Below, piece by piece: positions 8,359 to 17,120 of a stretch of DNA of 44,786 bases. The position numbers and the translations under genes are program-made. The notes under the pieces were generated by a model. It saw nothing but the letters and a program-made list of their open reading frames with translations, was not told where the DNA came from and searched no databases. Within the stretch, counting starts at the first letter, position 1. Each line of letters starts with the position of its first letter. The DNA is taken from assembly GCA_049512315.1 (NCBI GenBank), contig JBEKXF010000025.1, positions 1 through 44,786 of the forward strand, in the 5' to 3' direction. Source of the stretch: Candidatus Aminicenantales bacterium (GTDB taxonomy: Bacteria; Acidobacteriota; Aminicenantia; Aminicenantales; Saccharicenantaceae).

Positions 8359-8424
8359 CTTCTTATCCATCAAGCAAAAATCTTTCAACACTGACAGGAT
8401 TTCTCCGCCCGGGCCGCCGGGACG

Positions 8425-9390
8425 TCACGGGTGGGACGCCGCCTTGCTCCGCTTCTGCTGATACATGAGATAGTCGGCGTGGGCCAGGAAGTCCTCCAGC
8501 GAGGAAAACTTTCTCAGGTCATAAAAGACGATTCCCATGCTCAATGACACGTGGAGACGCTTGGGGTTGGCCAGGTTGTGGGTCCGGATCTTTTCGTCGA
8601 TCCGGCCGAGGAGGATCTTCTCGCCGCCCCGCTTCGACCTCATGGCGAGAATGGCGAACTCGTCGCCTCCGATCCGGGCGATGATGTCGCTGTCCCGGAG
8701 GATCTCCCTGAGGATCGCAGCTACGGCCTCGAGGACGCGGTCCCCGGCCGGGTGCCCGAAGGTATCGTTGATTTGCTTCAAGTCGTCGACATCGAGGTAG
8801 AGGAGGAAGACGTCTTTCCGGAGGCGCTTGGCGATCTTCATCTGCTGCTGCCCCAGGGTGAAGAAGCCGCGGCGGTTGTTGAGCCCAGTCAAGTCGTCGG
8901 TGAGGGAGAGGCTTTCGAGCTTTTCATTGCCCGCCCGGAGCTTCTGGAGAGCCTGCTTCAGTCTTTTTTCCGCCCGTTTCCTCTCGGTGATGTCCAGGAG
9001 GATTCCGTCGAAGAACTGAGTCCTCCCGTTCGGACCCTTGATGGCCTGGCAGTAGTCCCGGACCCAGAACCTGCGGCCTTCGGCGCCCCGAAGCTCGAAT
9101 TCCGTGAAATAGCGGGGTTTTTTGTGCAGCTTTTCGAGGTGCATCGACCGGTCCGTCTTCTTGACGTAGAAGTCCTCGACGTTGAAGCTGAGGAGCCCGG
9201 CGGGCATTTTGACCCCCAGCATTCGGGCCAGAGCGGGGTTGGCCTCGATGAACGTCCCGTCCGGGGTCGTCCGATAGACGCCGACGGGGAGGTTCTCGAC
9301 GAGGGCGCGGTAGCGCTTTTCACTAACCCGAAGAGCCTCTTCGACCATCTTGCGATGGGGAAGCTGATCGGACATCTTGTTTTTTCCCAT
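8425..9390 (-). CDS. PAS-domain diguanylate cyclase
   Basis: PAS/PAC (YRALVENLPVGVY...DITERKRAE), coiled coil, DDLTGLNNRR, intact RIGGDEF, RDSD I-site. Start could be 9390 or 9375. Confidence 0.93.
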   Translation of the reverse strand: MGKNKMSDQLPHRKMVEEALRVSEKRYRALVENLPVGVYRTTPDGTFIEANPALARMLGVKMPAGLLSFNVEDFYVKKTDRSMHLEKLHKKPRYFTEFELRGAEGRRFWVRDYCQAIKGPNGRTQFFDGILLDITERKRAEKRLKQALQKLRAGNEKLESLSLTDDLTGLNNRRGFFTLGQQQMKIAKRLRKDVFLLYLDVDDLKQINDTFGHPAGDRVLEAVAAILREILRDSDIIARIGGDEFAILAMRSKRGGEKILLGRIDEKIRTHNLANPKRLHVSLSMGIVFYDLRKFSSLEDFLAHADYLMYQQKRSKAASHP

Positions 9391-9514
9391 CTCCGCCAGA
9401 GGCCGAATTTATCAAAGAAAAAGGGGAAAGTCAAAGCCCCCCGCTTTGAATCGCGGGCCCGTTTCTTGTTATAGTTACTAGTGAGATCCGATTTGCTTCG
9501 CGGTGGTGGACACG

Positions 9515-11062
9515 ATGAAGAAGATGACCGGCTTCCTATCGATCCTGAGCTTGATCCTGACCCTGGCCGCCTGCGCACCGTCCCGCAAGGTCGTGACCGT
9601 GGAGGTCACCGACCCGGGCCTGAAAACGCGGCAGGCCGCCTCTTTCGTCGACAAGGGCCATTACCTGGCCTTCAAGAGGGCCGTCCTCATCTACGGCGAG
9701 CTTTACGGGAACAGGGCCATGCGCCCCAAGATCGCGACCCCATACCTCGAGGCCAGCCTGCTCCTGGCGCTCCGGGAAAAGGAGATCGGCCTCGATAACC
9801 CGGCGACCATCGCCGCCGCTGAAAGGCTTCTCCAGGAGAATCCCATGCTGGCGGGGCTTGGGCCGTGGGTCACTCTCATTTCGGCCATCCCGCCCCGGAC
9901 CCGGGGCGTCATGCGGGACATCGATACGAGGAGCTGGGGAAAAGCAGGCCAGGACGCCCTCAAGGCCGCGGAAGAGTCGGTCCGGAAGAGCGCAGCAACG
10001 GACAAGCTCTCGGCCTGCGTCCTCGCCGCCTGGTCCTGCTCCTTTGGCCGGTACTCGGAAAAATGGCGGAATCCTGCCGAGCTTATGAAGATCTATCCCG
10101 ATTCCCTCCTCATGAAATACGAAATCGCCATCTGCGGCGAGGGGAGGCCGGACCTCCTCGAGGAGATCCTCGCCAAAGAGCCGGAGTTCGCCGAGGCCCA
10201 CTATCATCTGGGCGAGACCGCGCTCAAGAGCGGGAGGCTCCTCGACGCCGAGGCCCATCTCCTGAAGGCCTACGAGGCCATCCCCGAATCGCCGCAGACG
10301 CGGATCCTGCTCGCCGGCATCTATTTCGCGACCGAGGAGTTCGACAAGAGCCTCGAGTTTTACGACCTGTCCCTCCAGGTTTCGCCCGAATACCGGGACG
10401 CCCTTCTTGGAAAAGCCATCTGCCTGAGCTATCTCGGGAGATACGAGGACGCCATCCCGCCCCTCGACCGGATGCTCGAGCTCGGCTACTGGCTCCTCGG
10501 TGAGGCCCATTACTGGCTCGCCTGGAATCTTCACGAGCTCAAGCGGGATGCCGAGGCCCTCCGCCATGTCGATGAGGCGAAGGGGAGGCTGCCGACCAAT
10601 TCCGAGGTTTTCGGCCTGTCCGGGACGATCTCCCTGGAGATGGGCGAGCTCGACCGGGCAGAGAAGGATTTCCTCGAGTCGCTGAAATATAACCCGGCCA
10701 ACTCGGAATCCCTCTTCGGGCTGGGCACGGTCGCGGGCCGGAAAAACCTCTGGGAAGAGTCCGGCTCCTATTACGAGAAAGCGGGCCGGGCCTTTGAGTC
10801 GGCCGAAACCACACTCCAGGCCAAGGTCGAGGAGATCAAAGGGTCGGCCCTGTCCGGGGAGAGGAAGGCCCGGCTCCTCAGGAAGCGTGAGCTCCAGCTC
10901 GAGCGCGTCAGGCTGACGGGCGCCACGGCCTATTACGACGCGGCGGCCGCCTACATCAACGCCGGGCTTAAGGACAAGGCCATTCCCCCGGCCGCGAAAT
11001 CCGCCGCCCACCCCGCCCTGAAAGACAAGACCGAGGAGCTTCTCCGGTCCATCAGGAAATAG
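9515..11062 (+). CDS. TPR-repeat lipoprotein
   Basis: Lipobox LTLAAC after a signal peptide, then multiple TPR helices (AEAHYHLG, DALLGKAICL, ESLFGLG). Confidence 0.85.
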   Translation: MKKMTGFLSILSLILTLAACAPSRKVVTVEVTDPGLKTRQAASFVDKGHYLAFKRAVLIYGELYGNRAMRPKIATPYLEASLLLALREKEIGLDNPATIAAAERLLQENPMLAGLGPWVTLISAIPPRTRGVMRDIDTRSWGKAGQDALKAAEESVRKSAATDKLSACVLAAWSCSFGRYSEKWRNPAELMKIYPDSLLMKYEIAICGEGRPDLLEEILAKEPEFAEAHYHLGETALKSGRLLDAEAHLLKAYEAIPESPQTRILLAGIYFATEEFDKSLEFYDLSLQVSPEYRDALLGKAICLSYLGRYEDAIPPLDRMLELGYWLLGEAHYWLAWNLHELKRDAEALRHVDEAKGRLPTNSEVFGLSGTISLEMGELDRAEKDFLESLKYNPANSESLFGLGTVAGRKNLWEESGSYYEKAGRAFESAETTLQAKVEEIKGSALSGERKARLLRKRELQLERVRLTGATAYYDAAAAYINAGLKDKAIPPAAKSAAHPALKDKTEELLRSIRK

Positions 11063-11144
11063 TGGACTCCCTCCGAGTCCGCGACCTTAAACGGATGGCC
11101 TTCATCCGGCGTATTCTCTAATGGGAAAGGGGCCTGGCCGCTCC

Positions 11145-11693
11145 ATGGATGAGAGAGAGATCATCGCGGGCTGCTTGAAGGGAGCGGCCGGATCCTATCA
11201 GGAGATGGTCGAAGCCTACGGGCCCCTGGTGCTGGCCGTGGCGCTCAATGTCCTGGGGAACAGGGAGGATGCCGAAGATGTCTTCCAGGAGACCTTCATC
11301 CAGGTTTTCAAGAACCTCGGGCGCTACGATCCCGGAAGAAACTTCAAGACCTGGCTTCTGACCGTCGTTTACAGGAGATCGCTGGACATGATCAAGAAAA
11401 AGCGCCGCTTTTCGGAGTTCGCGGACCGGGCGAAGCATGAACCGGCGGTGGTCGCGAATAATCCCGGCCCGGATCATGGCGACCCCGCGCCGCTCCCGTC
11501 ACGCTTCCTCAAACCGCTTTCGGCGAAAGAGCGGACGGCCCTCTGCCTATGGGCTAACGAAGGCTATACGGCCCTGGACATCTCCGAAGTCCTGGGCTGC
11601 ACGACGAGCACGGCCCGGGTCACCCTCTTCAACGCCCGCCGGAAAATCAAGACGCTTCTGGAGAACGAGCATGGTATCCTGCAAAATTGTTGA
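11145..11693 (+). CDS. ECF-type RNA polymerase sigma factor
   Basis: Region 2 DAEDVFQETF..FKTWL; region 4 L..KERTAL...EGY....ISEVLG...STARVTLFNARRK. Confidence 0.92.
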   Translation: MDEREIIAGCLKGAAGSYQEMVEAYGPLVLAVALNVLGNREDAEDVFQETFIQVFKNLGRYDPGRNFKTWLLTVVYRRSLDMIKKKRRFSEFADRAKHEPAVVANNPGPDHGDPAPLPSRFLKPLSAKERTALCLWANEGYTALDISEVLGCTTSTARVTLFNARRKIKTLLENEHGILQNC

Positions 11694-12141
11694 CGTCCTT
11701 TACGGCGCGGTCCCGTCCCGCCTTTTTCGGAATTTCCTTATCCGGACGCATGTGGAGAGGTGCGGGCGGTGTCAGGCCCGGCTCGTCAGCCGGACGGAGG
11801 CCGAAGCCCTTTTCGTCAAGTCCGGCGATGTGAGGACCGTGGAAGAGCTGTGGAGTCGGATCGAACCCCGGACCGGCCCGGATACTGCCGTCCCGGAGAA
11901 AAAGCGGGCCAGGCTTCGCTGCGAGTGGGCCGCGGGCGCAGCGACTCTTCTCCTGGCCGCGGCCGCGAGCTTCTGGCTCCTCCGGGGTGTTCAGACGGAA
12001 TCCGTGCGGGCCGATTCCGCCAGGCCCGCGGACCGCTTCGAGATCAGCTATATCAACGTGGGCGGCGCGCCCGCGCAGGCCTATATCTATCAGCCCAAGG
12101 GGTTGGACATGATCATCGTTTGGGCCGGGAAGAATCCTTAG
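11671..12141 (+). CDS. Zinc-binding anti-sigma factor (ZAS), single transmembrane helix
   Basis: HVERCGRC matches HxxxCxxC, followed by a hydrophobic helix WAAGAATLLLAAAASFWLL. Overlaps the end of the ECF gene. Confidence 0.8.
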   Translation: MVSCKIVDVLYGAVPSRLFRNFLIRTHVERCGRCQARLVSRTEAEALFVKSGDVRTVEELWSRIEPRTGPDTAVPEKKRARLRCEWAAGAATLLLAAAASFWLLRGVQTESVRADSARPADRFEISYINVGGAPAQAYIYQPKGLDMIIVWAGKNP

Positions 12142-12179
12142 AGAATAGAGGTTAGACAATCTATAGAGGAGGTCAGGTC

Positions 12180-14318
12180 ATGTTTGGCAAAAGCTTCGTG
12201 AAAGCCGCGGCATTGACGTTCGCGGTCCTGGGCCTCTTGGCCTTGTCCGGACGTGGCCAAGAGCCCAAGTATGCGGAAGGGACCCAATATAAAGTTATCC
12301 AATGGGAGATGAAGCTCCGGGTTCTCGAGGGAGTGAGGGAAGGCGCCCCGGCGGCCCCCGCCGTTGTGACGTCCTCCTTTCTCAGGTACACGTTCTCGGC
12401 GAATTTCCTGTCCGAGGAGAACCTGGCGGAAGAACAGGGCCAGGTCAAGCGGATCTTCAACCTCAAGGACGCCCGGCTCCTGACCGAGGGCCAGCTGGAC
12501 TGGAGAATCGGGAAGCCGGAAAAAGTCGACTATGTCTTCCGGCTCGACGGAAAAGAATACCTCATCCGGGTGAGGGGCGGGGACCTCAACGCAAAACCGG
12601 GGTCCGTCGCCACGCAGTCCTTCGGCGTCGAGGTCTTTGAGATCATGACGCAGACTATCGCAGATAAGATCGAGAAGACAGTCCCCATCGTCGCGAAGAA
12701 AGAAGTCAGCCTCCTGGATACCGAATTCACAGTCTCCAGCCTGAAAAATGTCACGGTCTTCGGATTCGAGGACAGTCAGGGGAAACCTTATTTCATCTCC
12801 CTCCGGCAGACGAAGATGTACGCGGACGAAGCCGTCGTCAAGCGGAGCGGAGTGGCGATTGGCCAAGTCGTCTCCGGTATCACCCCCCCGAAGCTCGTCA
12901 AGCAGGTGGACCCTGTCTATCCTGAAATAGCCAAACAAGCCATGGTGTCAGGGGTGGTCGTCGTTGAGGCGACCATCGATGCCAACGGCCGTGTGGCAAG
13001 AGTCGCCGTCCTCAGGTCCATTCCGCTTCTGGACCAGGCCGCTGTCGACGCCGTCAGGCAGTGGGTTTACGAGCCGATGATCGTCGACGGCCAGCCGAGG
13101 CCGGTCGTCCTGACGACGTCCGTTCAGTTCATGCTCGCCAAGGATAGGGACGGCAAGGTCCGCGGCATCACGGGTGGGGCCACGGGAGGCGTCGAGGGAG
13201 GAGTGGAAGGCGGAGTTCTCGGAGGTGTCGTGGGCCAAGTCCTCGGCGGGGTCGAAGGCGGGGTGACCGGGGTTTCTCCGGAGGCAAAGGCGAAGACGAT
13301 CCGGGAGCGTGAGGAGTTTGAAAAAGACGCGCTGAGGGCCACGGGTGCCATCAAGCCGCCCCTGCTCATCAAGGCTGTCGACCCCGTCTACCCCGAGATT
13401 GCCCGGCAGGCCCAGATCGAGGGAGTCGTTATCCTCGAGATCCGGGCCGATGAGAAGGGCAACGTCGAAGCCGCAAGGATCCTGAGGTCAATCCCCCTCC
13501 TCGACCAGGCCGCCATCGACGCCGTCAAGCAGTGGAAATACGAACCGCTCGTCATTAACGGGAAGCCGCAGAAAATCCTCTTCACCGTGACCGTCCGGTT
13601 CATGATGAAGCCGGGGGACAAGGAGAAGGCGCTCGATAAGTTCGCCGAGGGCGCCGTCAAGGCCGAAGGCTCCGTCAAGCCGCCCCTGCTCATTAAGGCC
13701 GTCGACCCGGTTTATCCCGAAGAAGCCAAGAAGGCAGGCATCGAGGGTGTCGTCATCCTGGCCGCCAAAACCGACGCCACCGGTCACGTCCAGGACGTCA
13801 TGGTCCTGAGGTCGATCCCCATGCTCAACCAGGCGGCCGTCGACGCCGTGAAACAGTGGGCTTACGAGCCGATGATTATCAACAACGTCGCACAGCAGGT
13901 CGTTTTCACCGTGACCGTGCGTTTCCAGCTGGACAGTAAGAATAAAGCGGGTTCCAGCGGCGTCGTAGGCGGTGTCGTCGGTGGCGTTCTGGGCGGCGTG
14001 CCCGGCAAGGAGCAGCAGGAATTCGCAAAAGGCGCGGTGAGGGCCATGGATACCATCAGGCCGCCGGCGCTCATCAAGTCTGTCGACCCGGTCTATCCTG
14101 AAAAAGCCCGGCAGGCCCAGGTCGAGGGCATGGTCATCTTGGAGGTGCGGACCGATGAGAAGGGCAACGTCGAGGACGCCAGGGTCCTGAGGTCGATTCC
14201 CGTCCTCGATCAGGCGGCCATCGATGCCGTGAAACAGTGGAAATACGAACCGCTCGTCATCGACGGGAAACCGAAGAAAATCCTGTTCACGGTGTCCGTC
14301 CAGTTTAGGCTGAAATGA
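12180..14318 (+). CDS. Exported protein with four tandem TonB C-terminal domains
   Basis: GAGGAGG RBS and signal peptide. Four copies of PP.L.K.VDPVYPE.A....G.V......G.V....LRSIP.L.QAA.DAV.QW.YEP.....F, with Gly-rich GGVEGGV linkers. Confidence 0.9.
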   Translation: MFGKSFVKAAALTFAVLGLLALSGRGQEPKYAEGTQYKVIQWEMKLRVLEGVREGAPAAPAVVTSSFLRYTFSANFLSEENLAEEQGQVKRIFNLKDARLLTEGQLDWRIGKPEKVDYVFRLDGKEYLIRVRGGDLNAKPGSVATQSFGVEVFEIMTQTIADKIEKTVPIVAKKEVSLLDTEFTVSSLKNVTVFGFEDSQGKPYFISLRQTKMYADEAVVKRSGVAIGQVVSGITPPKLVKQVDPVYPEIAKQAMVSGVVVVEATIDANGRVARVAVLRSIPLLDQAAVDAVRQWVYEPMIVDGQPRPVVLTTSVQFMLAKDRDGKVRGITGGATGGVEGGVEGGVLGGVVGQVLGGVEGGVTGVSPEAKAKTIREREEFEKDALRATGAIKPPLLIKAVDPVYPEIARQAQIEGVVILEIRADEKGNVEAARILRSIPLLDQAAIDAVKQWKYEPLVINGKPQKILFTVTVRFMMKPGDKEKALDKFAEGAVKAEGSVKPPLLIKAVDPVYPEEAKKAGIEGVVILAAKTDATGHVQDVMVLRSIPMLNQAAVDAVKQWAYEPMIINNVAQQVVFTVTVRFQLDSKNKAGSSGVVGGVVGGVLGGVPGKEQQEFAKGAVRAMDTIRPPALIKSVDPVYPEKARQAQVEGMVILEVRTDEKGNVEDARVLRSIPVLDQAAIDAVKQWKYEPLVIDGKPKKILFTVSVQFRLK
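12885..14315 (+). repeat. Four intragenic ~250-bp repeats encoding the TonB_C domains
   Basis: Units at about 12885-13137, 13352-13605, 13677-13932 and 14058-14315. Units 2 and 4 share long DNA identity (gcccggcaggcccag, gatgagaagggcaacgtcga, cagtggaaatacgaaccgctcgtcat). Confidence 0.85.
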
Positions 14319-14330
14319 AGAATCCCGACC

Positions 14331-14726
14331 CTAGCTCCTCTTGACTCCCTGAAGCCAGGCCTTGAGGATCTCGATGTCCGCGGCGGGCAGCTTTTTTCCG
14401 AAGCGCGGCATCCGGCCTCCCTTGATGTCGCTCGCCCCCTGGACTTTTTTCAGGAGGTAGCTCGCCTCGGGATCGGCCGTGTCGATGATCTTCAAGGCCG
14501 GCAGTTCCTTGCTCGGGGCGTCGATTACCGCCTGGATTTTCCCGGGTTCGAGATTCAGCCCCTTGGAAGGGCTCTTGCCCGAGTGGCACCCGGCGCAATG
14601 CTTCTTGATGGTCTGCAGGACATTGGCAGGGACGTCCTTGGCGGATTGTCCCTGGGCTTGGGACAGAGCGGCCGCCAGGCCTGAGAACGCCAGGACAACG
14701 CAAAGAACGAAAGCGGTTTTCTTCAT
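14331..14726 (-). CDS. Small exported monoheme c-type cytochrome
   Basis: Signal peptide MKKTAFVLCVVLAF, CAGCH heme motif, distal GGRMP Met. Confidence 0.85.
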   Translation of the reverse strand: MKKTAFVLCVVLAFSGLAAALSQAQGQSAKDVPANVLQTIKKHCAGCHSGKSPSKGLNLEPGKIQAVIDAPSKELPALKIIDTADPEASYLLKKVQGASDIKGGRMPRFGKKLPAADIEILKAWLQGVKRS

Positions 14727-15532
14727 TTTACCCCTCCCCAATTCATTTTAGTATACTTGAGCTCCGACCCCAACAGGCTGTGGGGGACGAGGTAGACGAA
14801 AAGAGTCACGATCGAGGCGAAAAGGACAGTCGCCCGGGCGGGCTTCCCCTTCCTGCCCGCGATCAGGGCCACGACCCAAATGAGGAACGTGATCAGGGTC
14901 TTGTTGTCCGTCAGGTCCATCCCGAAGGGGACGCCGCTCCAGAAAACACCGAACGCGCATTTCTGGACCAGGGGCCCCAGGATGAAGCCGCCGACGAAGA
15001 TCAGGGCCGCCGCGTAGAGGACGAAGCGCCGGGGGTTCCTGTTCTTGTCCAGGGCCGCCAAACCCGCCGCCGTGGCCGCCAGCATTCCCGCGAACATGAC
15101 GATGATATGGATGATGAGGAGTTCTATCGGCACCGGGCCCTTGAACCGGACGACGACGGGCGCTTCCCCGCTGAGCAGGATATCCTTTCCGCCAGATATG
15201 AGGTGGACCCGGTAGAGAAGCTTCCCGGCCGCCGGCTGTTTGGGCAGGAACCCGACAAGCTCCGCGTCCCGGCGGACGAGCGGCTCCCGGACCCAGGGCT
15301 CGTCGGTCTTGTATCGCTTGTATTCGAGATAACCCTCGGCCGGAGCCGGGAGCGGAAGGGCGACCTTGAGATTCCCTGTCGTCTCACCGCTCCGGGGAAG
15401 CCGATAACGGATGAGCGAGCCGTCGACGGCGGTCTTTCCCCGCAGCGGGTGAGTCGGGCCCGTCGTCCTTTGATAGACGGCCGACGTCAGGGTGATCAGA
15501 ACGGCCAAAACCCAGAATAAGGACTTCTTCAT
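14723..15532 (-). CDS. Hypothetical integral membrane protein (periplasmic N-domain plus about 4 TM helices)
   Basis: N-terminal signal/anchor, soluble domain, C-terminal hydrophobic helices with GPLVQK..FG..WSG.P.G.DLTDNKTL. Its stop overlaps the cytochrome start. Confidence 0.8.
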   Translation of the reverse strand: MKKSLFWVLAVLITLTSAVYQRTTGPTHPLRGKTAVDGSLIRYRLPRSGETTGNLKVALPLPAPAEGYLEYKRYKTDEPWVREPLVRRDAELVGFLPKQPAAGKLLYRVHLISGGKDILLSGEAPVVVRFKGPVPIELLIIHIIVMFAGMLAATAAGLAALDKNRNPRRFVLYAAALIFVGGFILGPLVQKCAFGVFWSGVPFGMDLTDNKTLITFLIWVVALIAGRKGKPARATVLFASIVTLFVYLVPHSLLGSELKYTKMNWGGVK

Positions 15533-15553
15533 CGGTCCCTTCCGTGGCCGGGG

Positions 15554-16249
15554 TCAGTCCTTGATATGGATGGAGCCGATGACGACGGAGGCGGCGATGA
15601 GAAGGACGCCCTTTTTGTCGGCGTCCGCAGGCTGATTCCGTTTCTGATCGATCGAGCCGAGGACCGGATTCCCTTCGACCACGACCTGCCATTCCGGGCG
15701 CACCCTGAGCTCGATGCTGCCGAAGACAACAGATAGGGACAGCGTGGCTTTCCCGCCCTCGAGCCCGGCCCCGGAGAGGTCAATTTCAGCCGATCCGAAG
15801 ACGACCTCGGCCGAACCTCCCTTGAAGCTCGGCGATTCGACGCGGCGCGACGTGCCGGAGAAGACCTGGGAGATCCGGAGCTCGTCGGCGGTCAGCTCAG
15901 GGATTTTTTTTTTATCCACCGCCCGGGCCGGTTTGATGAGGATCCATATCCCGACCGCGATGATCACGAGCGGCCAGAAATAGTGCCAGACCGTGCGGTC
16001 GAAGATCCGCATCTCCATCAGCAGGAAGAAGGCCCCGAAGAGGATGAAAAAGAGCCCGGCGCCAGTGTTCTTGAAGTCGTTGGCGATGAGGATCGAGACC
16101 CCGATGAGGATGAAGATCGCCGGCCAGTAACGGCTGATGATGTACCCGATATCGACCCGGCCCATCTGGTCGAGGAGGACCAGGACGCCGATGATGATGA
16201 AGACGAGACCCCAGAAGATGCGGCTTTGTGTCCCTCTTGTTCTGGCCAT
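15554..16249 (-). CDS. LiaF-like cell-envelope stress membrane protein
   Basis: Four N-terminal TM helices with WP..I..G motifs; C-terminal repeats VFSG, VVFGS.EIDL, VVFGSIELRVRPEWQV. Confidence 0.85.
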   Translation of the reverse strand: MARTRGTQSRIFWGLVFIIIGVLVLLDQMGRVDIGYIISRYWPAIFILIGVSILIANDFKNTGAGLFFILFGAFFLLMEMRIFDRTVWHYFWPLVIIAVGIWILIKPARAVDKKKIPELTADELRISQVFSGTSRRVESPSFKGGSAEVVFGSAEIDLSGAGLEGGKATLSLSVVFGSIELRVRPEWQVVVEGNPVLGSIDQKRNQPADADKKGVLLIAASVVIGSIHIKD

Positions 16250-16311
16250 TGTTCCCTCCGTCTCCGCCCAGAATAACAGAAACGCGCCGGGATGTAAATT
16301 CGTGCGGTGCT

Positions 16312-17118
16312 CTACAGCCTGCGGAGGTTCATCCCGCCGCTGACCTCGATGACTGCTCCGGTCGAGAAGCCGAACGCGCCGCTGGCCAGGGCGGCGACGG
16401 CCCGGCCCACGTCCTCGGGCAGGCCCCAGCGACCCTGGGGGACGACCCCGCCGGCGATCAGCCGGTCATACTTGGCCTTGGCCGGCGCGGTCATGTCCGT
16501 GGCGATGATCCCCGGCCGGATCTCGTAGACGGCGATCCCGTGGGAGGCGAGGGCGTGGGCGAAGAGCGTCGCGGCCATGCTCAGGGCCGCCTTGGAGAGG
16601 CAGTATTCGGCCCGGGAAGGGGAGGACACGGCCGCGCTGATGGAAGTGATGAAGATGATCGACGGCTGGACCGCGTCCTCGCTGCTCGTCCGGGCGACCA
16701 TCCGCCTCGCCACGTTCTGGGTCAGGAAAAAGGCCCCCCGGGCGTTGACGCCCATCACCCGGTCAAAGCTTCCGGGCTTCGTTTCGAGGATATCGAGCCG
16801 CTTTTCCGGCGCGACGCCGGCGTTGTTGACGAGGACGTCGACCCGGCTGAACCTCGCGAGCACGGCTTCGATAGCGCGGTCATGGTCCGGGAGCGAGGCG
16901 ATGTCGCAGCGAACGGGAAGGAACCGCCTGCCCAGCCGCTCGACCCCGGCCTTGACCTCGAACAGCCCCTTCCTTTTGTTTTTGGGGTCGAAGCCGATGT
17001 CGAGGCCGGCGATATCGAAGCCTGTTCGGGCCAGCTCGATGACGATGCCCCTTCCGATTCCCTGCCCGGCCCCTGTGACCAGGGCGACGGGCCTTTTGGC
17101 GGAGCTCCTTTTGGCCAC
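16312..17118 (-). CDS. Short-chain dehydrogenase/reductase (3-ketoacyl-ACP reductase-like)
   Basis: VALVTGAGQGIG, LVNNAG and YCLSK motifs. GTG start at 17118 after a GGAGGA RBS. Confidence 0.9.
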   Translation of the reverse strand: MAKRSSAKRPVALVTGAGQGIGRGIVIELARTGFDIAGLDIGFDPKNKRKGLFEVKAGVERLGRRFLPVRCDIASLPDHDRAIEAVLARFSRVDVLVNNAGVAPEKRLDILETKPGSFDRVMGVNARGAFFLTQNVARRMVARTSSEDAVQPSIIFITSISAAVSSPSRAEYCLSKAALSMAATLFAHALASHGIAVYEIRPGIIATDMTAPAKAKYDRLIAGGVVPQGRWGLPEDVGRAVAALASGAFGFSTGAVIEVSGGMNLRRL

Positions 17119-17120
17119 GG

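Noticed and set aside
8138..8468. Small ORFs (62-70 aa) in the msrAB-GGDEF spacer
   Set aside because: No RBS and atypical codon usage. The region is better explained by the promoter plus hairpin RNA.
12885..14315. Regularly spaced DNA repeats as a possible CRISPR array or DGR template/variable pair
   Set aside because: The repeats are ~250-bp coding domains. By eye the differences are not adenine-specific, and there is no cas or reverse transcriptase gene in the window.
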